Positions 40,575-49,546 of a stretch of DNA of 64,000 nt are shown here, piece by piece (positions within the stretch are counted from its first letter, which is position 1; every line of letters begins with the position of its first letter). The position numbers were made by a program, and so were the translations under genes. This DNA comes from Deltaproteobacteria bacterium (lineage in GTDB: Bacteria > Desulfobacterota > Binatia > UBA12015): the NCBI GenBank assembly GCA_029262355.1, contig JAJCZO010000264.1:19257-83256 (forward strand), written 5' to 3'. The notes under the pieces are model-generated. The model ran no database searches. It was not told the DNA's origin and worked only from the letters and a program-made list of their open reading frames with translations.

Positions 40575-43500
40575 AGGTCCTCGTTTCGAGCTGGGACCGC
40601 ATTGGCGATCAAATGGCGGGCTCGGCCATTCGGTCACTCGAGATGGCCCGGGCACTCGCGCGAGCGGGGCATGCGGTGACTCTGGCGGCGCCGGAAGGAA
40701 GCACGCTCGCCGCCGAGCCCGGACTCGTTCTCGCGATCGTTCCGGAAGGCAAGGCGCTGACCGGCCTGATCGCGGAGGCGGATGTGGTCGTCGTCTCGGG
40801 GCGGTCCGAGCTGATGACGGCGGTCGGAAAACCCCTGGTCGTCGATCTCTACGATCCGTTCGTTCTGTCGAACCTCGATCTGTTCGGCGACGACTTCAAC
40901 AAGGCCGGGGGGCGGGCGCTCCTATCGCTTCGATGGCTTCAGCATCATCTCGCCAACGGCGACTTTTTCTTGTGCGCAAGTGAGGCACAGCGGAGCTTCT
41001 GGCTCGGCATGCTGACCGCGGCAGGGCGTGTGAACCGCGCAAACTACGAGAGCGATCCCGTCCTCGAACGGCTTCTCGCGGTCGTGCCCTTTGGCGTCCC
41101 GGATACGACGCCTGAGCCTGGCCGGCCCGGCGTCGTGAAAGGCGTCGTGCCTGGTATCGGCGAGCACGACTCGGTTGTCCTGTGGTCCGGCGGGCTGTGG
41201 AACTGGGTCGATCCCCTGACGCTGATTCGGGCCACCTCGAAGGTGCGGGAGACCCGTCCGGACGTGAAGACCCTGATCCTTGGTGCGCGTCACCCGAATC
41301 CGGACATCGGCGAGATGGAGATGGCGCAGAAGGCACGCGCGCTCGCAGATGAGCTCGGACTCACCCACGACGGCGTGACCTTTGTGGACTGGGTGCCGTA
41401 CGAGGAGCGCGATCGCTGGATTCTCGATGCCGATGTGGGGGTGAGTCTGCATCAGCGCGGGGTGGAGTCGGAGTTCGCGTTCCGCACGCGGCTTCTGGAT
41501 TATCTCTGGTGCGGCCGCCCGATGGTCGTCACCGAGGGCGACGAACTCGCGACGCTTGTGGGTGAGAGGAAGCTCGGCCGGGTCGTGCCACCGGGTGATG
41601 TCGACGCGGTCGCCGGCGCGCTCGAAGCGGTCTTGGCGGAGCCGGTCGACGACGGACGCGCGGAACGCTTCGCCGCCGCTCGCTGGGACCTGCGTTGGCA
41701 GAAGGCGGTCGAGCCGCTCGCAGATTTCTGCCGCGCGCCTCGCCGCGCGGCCGATCGCGCAGGCGATGCGTGGATCGCGAACGGGCCGGATCGCGACGAC
41801 CTTCCCCAAAAGGAACAAGCGCTCGTTGCCGAAGAGTTCACGAGCACGGCCCGGGCGCTCTCCGAGGCGATCGGGCCGACCTACGCCCCCCGACAGCGGT
41901 TCACGTCGCGCTATGATCGGTTGTGTCAGGTCGACGTTCTCCTGTGGTTCGATCCGCCGCTAGACGGTTCCACGGTGGTCTTCGAGCTCAGGGATGTGGC
42001 CGATTCGGACGACGTTCTCGCGCGCGTCGTCGTGCCGGCGGCGCAGCTCACGCACGATGGCTGGCAGCGATTCGAGTTTCGTCCGATCGGACGCTCCCGA
42101 GGGCGCGAGTTCGAGCTTGGCCTGCGGCTCGAGCACGCGCCCGGCGAGTGGGACCAGCGCGGTCGGATCTGCGTGTGGCGTTGTGCGGGGCAAGGCGCCG
42201 CGCCGGGGGACGGAGACAAGATCGCCTTCGTGGCCCGCTACCTCATTGCGGGGGTGGGAGAAGAGCTGCCCGTAGATCCAGACGACTTCGTGTTCCTCCA
42301 CAATACGACGATCCCCGTTGGATCCGAGGGCGAAGACCTGGTCCACCAGCGTTGGCGCGATGCGGGCCCGACGGTAGAGGATGTCGATGGGTTGCGCGCA
42401 TCCCTCGCGCGGCTGTCGGTGCGTGCCGAAGCGGCCGAGGCGCGCGCGGTGCGCCTGGAGAACGATCTCAGCGACGCGCACGACTTGGTACGGGAGGCCG
42501 TCGACGAGGCAGTTCGCGAGGCCGCTCGCGAGGCGGCCAGCGCCACCGCCGAGCATGTCCTCGATGACGTGAAGTATTTTCGCGGGCTCGCGCGTGAGGT
42601 GAAGCACGTGATCGTTCGCTCTCTTGGCTTGGTGCGGCGGTCGTTCGTTCCTCTTCTCACCATGTTGCTCACCGCGGTTGCCGCAGCGGTGTCGCTCGCG
42701 GTGGGCTTGGCGATCGTGCTGGGCGATCTCATTCCCGTACGACGACGTGATGACGGTCTTCCCATGGATTGGACCGGCGTGCGGCCGACCGATGCGGTTT
42801 CCGTGGTGATTCCCACTTGGAACGGCCGCGAGCTGCTCGACATGAGCTTGCCGCCGCTCGTCGAGGCTCTGCGGCGTCATGGGAACCCGGAGGACGAGAT
42901 TCTCGTCGTCGACAATGGGAGCGACGACGACACGGTGGCCGAGCTGGCCCGGCGTAAGGAGGAGTTCCCCGGGCTTCGCGTGATCCTGCTCGATCGCAAC
43001 GAGGGCTACGGCGGCGCGACCAACCGCGGTGCCGCCGAGGCCAAGAATCCGGCACTGATCTTCCTGAACAACGACATGGTGGTCGAGCCGGACTTCGTTC
43101 AGCCGCTCCTGGACGTTTTCGGCGAGGAGCCCGATGTGTTTGGCGTCTCCTGCCAGATCGATTTCATCGATCCGGACCTGCCGCGCTGGGAGACGGGGAA
43201 AGTGCACGGCGAGCTGCGCAACGGCCTGGTGCGCCTGTTTCACCTCGATCGCTTCGACGAGGACAAGATCTACCCGGTCTTCTTCGCAGGCGGCGGTGCT
43301 TCGGCCTACGATCGCGAACGTTTCCGCGCGCTCGGCGGGTTCGACGAAGTGGTCTACTCGCCGGTCTACATCGAGGACGTGGATCTCGGGTACCGGGCGT
43401 GGAAGCGCGGCTGGCCGTCGCTCCTCGCGCCGAAGAGCCGCGTGCATCACAAGCACCGCGGTACGACCCGGCGGCTGTGGAGCGAGGGCGTGATCCACTC

Positions 43501-44992
43501 CTTCTTCTTGAAGAATCTCGCCGCTCTTCTGTGGAAGAACGTGAGCTCGTGGAAGCTTCTGTCGCGTCACCTGTTGGGCATCGTGATCTTGCCGGAGAAG
43601 GCGCGCCGCGAACAGGGGGGACGCTCGGCGCTGGCGACTCTGAAGGGGCTCGTCCGGCAGATCCCGGTGGTGATGGCGGCGCGTCGGCGGGAGCGTGCAT
43701 TGCCGCGGGTGCTGAGCGACGAAGACATCCTCCACGTCTCGCGCTTCCGCCACGTCTATCGGGCGCGGTTCCATCCTGGCGAGAAGCACGGGGAGGGTCG
43801 TCCGCAGGTTCTGGTCGTTTCGCCCTACAGTCCGGCGCCCGCCGTTCACGGCGGCGCGGTGCGGATGCTGAACTTGATTCGCGAGATGAACGAGCGGTGC
43901 GATGTAACGCTCATCTCGTTCACCGACACGCCGGCCGAATCGGCACCAGAGAGCCTCGGGGAGCTCGAAGCGATTTGCCGCGATGTCGTTCTTCTACCCC
44001 GCGATGTGCACAGTGGCGGTGGGCGCCTTCTTCCGCTCGCGATGCACGGTTTTTTCTCGGAGCGGATGTTCGAATTGATCGAGATCTGGCTCGAGAAGCG
44101 TGCCTTCGATGTGGTCCAGATCGAGTACACGAACATGGCGCACTACCTGCCGCCGCCGTGCCCCGGCATGCTGCGCGTCTTGGTCGAGCACGACGTGAGC
44201 TTCATCGCGGCCCAGCGGGCGCGCAACGCCGAGTCGTCGGCGTTGCGTCGCGCGGCGCTCTGGGTGGACGGCTTGCGCACGTTCCGGCACGAGGTGAAGT
44301 CGGTCGAGCGGGCCGATCGCGTGCTCACGATGAGCGAGAACGATCGCGCGACGTTGGCCCGGTTCGTCGACCCGGAGCCGATTTCGGTCGTCCCGAACGG
44401 CGTTTCGTGCCGCGACTTTCCGTTCGCTTCGGAAGAAGCGGAGCGGGCGACGATCCTCTTCGTTGGGTTCTTCCGCCATCCGCCCAACGTCGAGGCGGTT
44501 CTGCACTTCGCGAGCGAGATTTTGCCGCAGATCCGGGAGCAGGTCCCCGAGGCGATCTTCCGCGTCGTCGGCGCCTATCCACCCCCCGCGATCCAGAAGC
44601 TGGCCGAAGGCGACGCCGGGATCGAGGTCGCCGGTATGGTGCCCGAGACGGCCTCCCACTATCGACGCGCGACCGTGTTCGTCGCGCCGATCCTCGTCGG
44701 GTCCGGCACGAGGCTCAAGATTCTGGAGGCGATGGCCAGCGGGTGTCCGGTGGTCTCCACGACCGTGGGGGCCGAGGGGCTCGGGGCGGGTGCGGGCCAG
44801 ATTCGCATCGCCGACGGGTCCGAGGACTTCGCCCGTGCGGTGGTCGAGATGATTTCCGATTGCAGTCGCCGCATGGCGCTGGTCGAGCAGGCGAGGGAGT
44901 TCGCGGAGGCGAACTACGATTGGCCCGCCATCGCACGCAAGCTCTTCGATGCGTATGGATGGGAGAGCCCGCACGAGCCTGGTGATGCCTAG
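40571..44992 (+). CDS. 1473-aa multidomain glycosyltransferase (GT4-like / unassigned module / coiled coil / hydrophobic segment / GT2 / GT4)
   Basis: The ATG overlaps the upstream TGA (ATGA). GT2 is 'VSVVIPTWNGRELLD...LVVDNGSDDDT...NEGYGGATNRG...FLNNDMVV'. The C-terminal GT4 is 'GTRLKILEAMASGCPVVSTTVGAEGL'. The hydrophobic stretch is 'SFVPLLTMLLTAVAAAVSLAVGLAIVLGDLIP'. Confidence 0.85.
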   Translation: MKVLVSSWDRIGDQMAGSAIRSLEMARALARAGHAVTLAAPEGSTLAAEPGLVLAIVPEGKALTGLIAEADVVVVSGRSELMTAVGKPLVVDLYDPFVLSNLDLFGDDFNKAGGRALLSLRWLQHHLANGDFFLCASEAQRSFWLGMLTAAGRVNRANYESDPVLERLLAVVPFGVPDTTPEPGRPGVVKGVVPGIGEHDSVVLWSGGLWNWVDPLTLIRATSKVRETRPDVKTLILGARHPNPDIGEMEMAQKARALADELGLTHDGVTFVDWVPYEERDRWILDADVGVSLHQRGVESEFAFRTRLLDYLWCGRPMVVTEGDELATLVGERKLGRVVPPGDVDAVAGALEAVLAEPVDDGRAERFAAARWDLRWQKAVEPLADFCRAPRRAADRAGDAWIANGPDRDDLPQKEQALVAEEFTSTARALSEAIGPTYAPRQRFTSRYDRLCQVDVLLWFDPPLDGSTVVFELRDVADSDDVLARVVVPAAQLTHDGWQRFEFRPIGRSRGREFELGLRLEHAPGEWDQRGRICVWRCAGQGAAPGDGDKIAFVARYLIAGVGEELPVDPDDFVFLHNTTIPVGSEGEDLVHQRWRDAGPTVEDVDGLRASLARLSVRAEAAEARAVRLENDLSDAHDLVREAVDEAVREAAREAASATAEHVLDDVKYFRGLAREVKHVIVRSLGLVRRSFVPLLTMLLTAVAAAVSLAVGLAIVLGDLIPVRRRDDGLPMDWTGVRPTDAVSVVIPTWNGRELLDMSLPPLVEALRRHGNPEDEILVVDNGSDDDTVAELARRKEEFPGLRVILLDRNEGYGGATNRGAAEAKNPALIFLNNDMVVEPDFVQPLLDVFGEEPDVFGVSCQIDFIDPDLPRWETGKVHGELRNGLVRLFHLDRFDEDKIYPVFFAGGGASAYDRERFRALGGFDEVVYSPVYIEDVDLGYRAWKRGWPSLLAPKSRVHHKHRGTTRRLWSEGVIHSFFLKNLAALLWKNVSSWKLLSRHLLGIVILPEKARREQGGRSALATLKGLVRQIPVVMAARRRERALPRVLSDEDILHVSRFRHVYRARFHPGEKHGEGRPQVLVVSPYSPAPAVHGGAVRMLNLIREMNERCDVTLISFTDTPAESAPESLGELEAICRDVVLLPRDVHSGGGRLLPLAMHGFFSERMFELIEIWLEKRAFDVVQIEYTNMAHYLPPPCPGMLRVLVEHDVSFIAAQRARNAESSALRRAALWVDGLRTFRHEVKSVERADRVLTMSENDRATLARFVDPEPISVVPNGVSCRDFPFASEEAERATILFVGFFRHPPNVEAVLHFASEILPQIREQVPEAIFRVVGAYPPPAIQKLAEGDAGIEVAGMVPETASHYRRATVFVAPILVGSGTRLKILEAMASGCPVVSTTVGAEGLGAGAGQIRIADGSEDFARAVVEMISDCSRRMALVEQAREFAEANYDWPAIARKLFDAYGWESPHEPGDA

Positions 44993-45614
44993 ATTTCTCT
45001 CCTACATCCGCCCGTTTCGGTATGATCGGGTGTCGCGGATCGCCGTGGTCGAGACCGGACCGGCCCACTTGTTCGCCGGTGTCCTCGAAGAGCTCCGCCG
45101 GCTATTCCCCGAGTCGCATATCGTGGCGCTCCTGCGCGAGGAGGATGCGGCACTCGAACAGACGTTACAGGCGGATCGGGCCCATGTCGTGCGCTTCGAG
45201 GAGCGAGCCGAGATCGTCGCCAAGCTGCGCCGCGAGCCGTTCGACCTGGTCGTCATGCAGCTCAGCCGAGGCGGCGCCGAGGGGCTTCGGTCGCTGCCGT
45301 TCGTGCTGAGCGGCAACGCGATCATGGCGTTCAACGACAGCCTCGACCACTTTCCGCTGAACGTTTTTCGGTTGCCCGACCTCGCGAACCATTTCGGCCT
45401 CGCGTCTCAGGGAGCCGGGCTGGTGCTGGCGCCCGTGCTCTTCGCCTATCTGCTCGTCTCGTCCGCTGGCATTCACGTCCGCGGTTGGTGGCGCCGCCTT
45501 CGACGTCCGCGTCGGCCGAAGGCGGGGGGTGTGGTGGTGGCAGGGGCGTCGTCGTCCCCTGGTGCAACCGACGTGGAGCGATCGCGCGCCGCGGCGGGCT
45601 CCGAGAGCGCCTGA
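44985..45614 (+). CDS. hypothetical protein (Rossmann-like N-terminal part, one C-terminal hydrophobic helix, basic/Ser-rich tail)
   Basis: The ATG at 44985 overlaps the end of the 1473-aa gene by 8 nt. 'RIAVVETGPAHLFAGVLEELRRLFPESHIVALL' is vaguely GT9-N-terminal-like. I recognise no clear family. Confidence 0.45.
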   Translation: MPRFLSYIRPFRYDRVSRIAVVETGPAHLFAGVLEELRRLFPESHIVALLREEDAALEQTLQADRAHVVRFEERAEIVAKLRREPFDLVVMQLSRGGAEGLRSLPFVLSGNAIMAFNDSLDHFPLNVFRLPDLANHFGLASQGAGLVLAPVLFAYLLVSSAGIHVRGWWRRLRRPRRPKAGGVVVAGASSSPGATDVERSRAAAGSESA

Positions 45615-45838
45615 TGGCGCGGGTCACGCTCTATTCGAAGGACGGGTGTCCCTACTGCGATCGGCAGCGAGCACTTCTTCGCGACGGTGACGATCGCGTC
45701 GAGGAGGTGAATCTCACCAGGTCGCCACAGGCCATGACCGAGCTGCTGAAGTTGACCGGCGGGCGCCGGATCGTGCCGGTGATCGTGCGGGGCGCTCGGA
45801 TCGAAGTCGCGCCGGACGGCGGCAGCGAGATCCAGTAG
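45614..45838 (+). CDS. glutaredoxin-family small redox protein
   Basis: 'MARVTLYSKDGCPYCDRQRALL...GGRRIVPVIV' carries the CPYC active site and a thioredoxin-fold pattern. The ATG shares 1 nt with the upstream TGA. Confidence 0.8.
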   Translation: MARVTLYSKDGCPYCDRQRALLRDGDDRVEEVNLTRSPQAMTELLKLTGGRRIVPVIVRGARIEVAPDGGSEIQ

Positions 45839-45898
45839 CCTCCGAGCCGGGCTTCCCCGAGCGTCGAGAACACGGTACTGGATGTCGAGGTGCCCGCG

Positions 45899-46201
45899 AT
45901 GGAGTATTCGGCCAAGGACAAGCGGATCTATCTCCATCTTGGGGATCGTGTGACCCACATGTGGCGCGAGGAGTGGGGCGAGGGAGCCGTGGTCGAAGAG
46001 CGGACCTCGGTCGTTCCGGGAGGTACGTGCCTGGTGCGCGTCTTGTTCGAGGACGGCCAGCAGCGCACCTTCAACAACGATCTGGACCACGAGCAGTGCT
46101 GCTATGTGTTCGGTGTTCGACGAAAGTGGTCGTTTGACGCGTCACAGTGGGAGCCGGCCCAAGCCGCGCACCATGGCGCGCGGAAGCCGCGTTTGAGGTA
46201 A
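45899..46201 (+). CDS. hypothetical protein, DUF3553-like
   Basis: 'GDRVTHMWREEWGEGAVVEE...CLVRVLFEDGQQRTF' resembles the small DUF3553 family. The ATG at 45899 has GAGG upstream, and a GTG at 45890 is an alternative. Confidence 0.45.
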   Translation: MEYSAKDKRIYLHLGDRVTHMWREEWGEGAVVEERTSVVPGGTCLVRVLFEDGQQRTFNNDLDHEQCCYVFGVRRKWSFDASQWEPAQAAHHGARKPRLR

Positions 46202-46281
46202 TCGCATCGGCCGAGCCGGTCCGGTACCGTCTCTCGGGCGGCCGCTTGGAGGCCGAGCCCGACCTTTGCAGAGGAGACCCC

Positions 46282-46638
46282 GTGGAGATTCGTGACCTGA
46301 ATGACGAGGAGCAGCTGGCGCTCATGGGCCTGATCGAGTTCGTCGCGGAGTCCAACGCAACGATCAGCGAGGAAGAGCAGGAAGAGATCGCGCATCTCGT
46401 CGAGGCGTTTGGGGCAGACGAGTATCGGGCCCTGGTCGAGGCCGTCGACGAGAAACTCCCCAATGAAGAGGCACTTCGGGCACATCTTCAGACCATCGAG
46501 CGCCAGGACGCGCGCGATCTGATCTACGGATTGGGGCTCGAAACGGCGCTCTCGGACGCCGAGAACCTCGGGCATTCCGACATGCTCGACTGGCTCCGCG
46601 GAGAGTGGGGCGTTTCGGTGGAGATCTCGTCGACCTGA
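46282..46638 (+). CDS. acidic TerB-like hypothetical protein
   Basis: GTG start with a GAGGAG SD 5 nt upstream. 'EEQLALMGLIEFVAESNATISEEEQEEIAHL' shows TerB-like helical repeat character. Confidence 0.45.
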   Translation: MEIRDLNDEEQLALMGLIEFVAESNATISEEEQEEIAHLVEAFGADEYRALVEAVDEKLPNEEALRAHLQTIERQDARDLIYGLGLETALSDAENLGHSDMLDWLRGEWGVSVEISST

Positions 46639-46723
46639 TTTCTGCGCTGCCGGGGGCTCCGCTCCACGGTTGTCGTGTCGCGTCGGTTTGAAACCGCGTT
46701 TGTTGGTTGGTAGGCGCGCCTAG

Positions 46724-49546
46724 ATGGAATACCGCGCGTCGCTGAATCTGCCCCGCACGAGCTTTCCCATGCGTGCGAACGCGACGAAGCGGGAGCCGGA
46801 GCAGCTCGCCCGTTGGGAGACCGAAGACCTGTACTCGAGCATGCTCGAGCGACGCGCGAGTGCGCCCGTCTTCGTGCTTCACGATGGCCCGCCCTACGCC
46901 AACGGCAACATGCACATGGGGCATGTGCTGAACCGTGTGCTGAAAGACGTGATCGTCAAGTACAAGCACTCGGTAGGCTTTCGCACTCCGTACGTGCCGG
47001 GGTGGGATTGTCACGGTCTGCCGATCGAGTTGCAGGTCGAGAAGAAGATCGGACGCAAGAAAAAGGCGGAGATGACCACCGTCGAGTTCCGCAGGCTCTG
47101 CGACGAATTCGCGCGGAAGTTCGTCGACATCCAACGTACCGAAGTGCGCAGGCTGGGTGTCGTCGGGGATTGGGACAACCCGTATCTGACTCTCGCGCCG
47201 GACTACGAGGCGCAAGAGATCCGCGAGCTGGGGCGCCTGGCGACGGGCGGCTCGCTCTACCGCAAGAAGAAGCCGGTGTACTGGTGTTCGTCGTGCGCGA
47301 CGGCACTCGCCGAGGCCGAGGTCGAGTACGAGGACAAGCGGTCGGCCAGCGTCTACATCCGCTTTCCGGCGGTCGACGTGGCGCGGTTGGCGGAAGCCGC
47401 CGACAGCGGTGCGAATGATCTGGCCGCGCACGATCCGAAGCGGGTTTCGCTCGTGGCGTGGACGACGACTCCGTGGACGCTCCCGGCGAACATGGCGTTG
47501 TCGCTCAATCCAGACTTCGCGTACGTGGGGCTGCGGGTGGGGGACGAGATCCTCGTCGTGGCCGAGGGGCTCGCCGACGCGTTCCTCGCCGAGGCCGGGT
47601 TGACCGAGGGCGGGGAGAGACTTCGCCTCTCGGCGGCGCGATTGGAGGGGGCGAAGCTTCATCACCCCTGGATCGATCGACAGGTCCCCGTCATCCTCGG
47701 GGATCACGTGACGCTCGAGAGCGGCACCGGTGTCGTTCACACCGCGCCCGGGCACGGTCACGAGGATTACATCGTCGGGCTGAAATACGGTCTCGACGTA
47801 TACTGCCCGGTCGATGGCTACGGGCGGTTCACGAGCGATGTTCCCGAGTTCGAGGGGCAGCGCGTGTTTGACGCCGACCCGGCCGTGATCGAGACCCTGG
47901 AGAAGGCCGGGACCCTCGTCTCTCAGTCGGCGCTCGATCATAGTTACCCGCACTGCTGGCGGTGCAAGAAGTCTTTGATCTATCGGGCGACGGAGCAGTG
48001 GTTCGTGTCGATGGAGACGGAAGATCTGCGCAAGAACACGCTCGAGGCGATCGACGGAGTGCAGTGGGTGCCGCCGTGGGGCCGCGATCGTATCTACGGC
48101 ATGATCGAGGGGCGACCCGATTGGTGCATTTCTCGACAGCGCGTCTGGGGTGTGCCGATCACCGCTTTCTTCTGCGAGAAGTGCGACGAAGTGCACTTCG
48201 ACGACACTCTCGCCGAGAGTGTGGCGGTGATCGTGGAGAAGGAGGGGTCGGATGCGTGGTTCGCCCGGCCGGCAGAAGAGCTCCTGCCCGACGGGTATGC
48301 CTGCACGTGCGGCAGTACCTCGTTCCGCAAGGAGAAAGACATCCTCGATGTGTGGTTCGACTCGGGCGTGAGCCACGCAGCGGTCCTCGAGCGACGCGAG
48401 GGACTGCATTCGCCAGCCGATCTGTACCTAGAGGGTTCGGATCAGCACCGCGGCTGGTTCCACACCTCGCTGCTCACGTCTATCGCGAACCGGGGCGTCG
48501 CGCCTTACAAGGCCTGTCTCACACACGGGTTCATCCTCGACGGCAAGGGCCACAAGATGTCGAAGTCGGGTGGAAACGCGACGGCGCCCGACGCGATTCT
48601 GAAGGATCTCGGTGCCGATGTTCTACGGCTCTGGGCGGCATCCGAGGATTATCGAAACGACGTGCGCATGTCGAAGGACATCATCGCGCAGCTGGTCGAG
48701 TCGTATCGCCGGCTTCGCAACACGGCGCGCTTTCTTCTCGGCAACCTTGGTGATTTCGATCCATCGCAGCATCTGGTCGCGCCAGAAGACATGCCCGAGC
48801 TCGAGCGATGGGCACTCGGGCGTCTCGCTCGAGTGGAGAACCGCGCACGCGAATCGTACGACGCGTACGAGTTTCACACCGTGTATCACCTGCTGAACAA
48901 TTACTGCGCGGTGGATCTGAGTGCCCTGTATCTCGACGTCGCGAAGGACCGCTGTTACTGCGAGGCGGTGGACGATCCGGGCCGTCGTGCGGCGCAGACG
49001 GTCATGTGGCGGATCGTGCGCGCACTCGCCGGAATCGCGGCTCCGATCCTCTCGTTCCTGGCTGAGGACGTATGGGCGGCCACTCCGCGCCTACCGGGTG
49101 ATCCGGAGAGTATCTTCCTGGTCGACTTTCCGACGCCCGAGGCAGGGTGGGAGGACGACGCGTTGGCGGAGCGGTTCGAGAGCCTCCTTCAAGTTCGCTC
49201 CGCCGTCACCAAGGCGATCGAGGCGGAACGCAAGGATGGTCGGATCGGGCATTCGCTCGAGGCGCACGTTCATCTCGGAGCGGAGGGAGAACTGGGTCGG
49301 TTGCTGCACGCCAACGAGGGTTTCCTGGGCGAGTTCTTCATTGTCTCGCAGGTCTCGTTCGATGGGGGCGAGGCTTCGGAGACTGCGGTCGAGGGGTTGC
49401 GGGTGAGCGTTGACCGCGCTGGCGGCGGGAAGTGCGAGCGCTGCTGGATGTACCGCGACGATCTCGGGGCGGAGAAGGAATACCCGGGGACCTGCGCGCG
49501 CTGCGCCAGGGTTCTGGTACGCTCGAGTTTTCAGGAGCCCGAATGA
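46724..49546 (+). CDS. ileS: isoleucine--tRNA ligase
   Basis: 'PPYANGNMHMGHVLN' (HIGH), 'KMSKSGGN' (KMSKS), a CP1 editing domain and a C-terminal 'KCERCW...CARC' zinc motif. Confidence 0.97.
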   Translation: MEYRASLNLPRTSFPMRANATKREPEQLARWETEDLYSSMLERRASAPVFVLHDGPPYANGNMHMGHVLNRVLKDVIVKYKHSVGFRTPYVPGWDCHGLPIELQVEKKIGRKKKAEMTTVEFRRLCDEFARKFVDIQRTEVRRLGVVGDWDNPYLTLAPDYEAQEIRELGRLATGGSLYRKKKPVYWCSSCATALAEAEVEYEDKRSASVYIRFPAVDVARLAEAADSGANDLAAHDPKRVSLVAWTTTPWTLPANMALSLNPDFAYVGLRVGDEILVVAEGLADAFLAEAGLTEGGERLRLSAARLEGAKLHHPWIDRQVPVILGDHVTLESGTGVVHTAPGHGHEDYIVGLKYGLDVYCPVDGYGRFTSDVPEFEGQRVFDADPAVIETLEKAGTLVSQSALDHSYPHCWRCKKSLIYRATEQWFVSMETEDLRKNTLEAIDGVQWVPPWGRDRIYGMIEGRPDWCISRQRVWGVPITAFFCEKCDEVHFDDTLAESVAVIVEKEGSDAWFARPAEELLPDGYACTCGSTSFRKEKDILDVWFDSGVSHAAVLERREGLHSPADLYLEGSDQHRGWFHTSLLTSIANRGVAPYKACLTHGFILDGKGHKMSKSGGNATAPDAILKDLGADVLRLWAASEDYRNDVRMSKDIIAQLVESYRRLRNTARFLLGNLGDFDPSQHLVAPEDMPELERWALGRLARVENRARESYDAYEFHTVYHLLNNYCAVDLSALYLDVAKDRCYCEAVDDPGRRAAQTVMWRIVRALAGIAAPILSFLAEDVWAATPRLPGDPESIFLVDFPTPEAGWEDDALAERFESLLQVRSAVTKAIEAERKDGRIGHSLEAHVHLGAEGELGRLLHANEGFLGEFFIVSQVSFDGGEASETAVEGLRVSVDRAGGGKCERCWMYRDDLGAEKEYPGTCARCARVLVRSSFQEPE

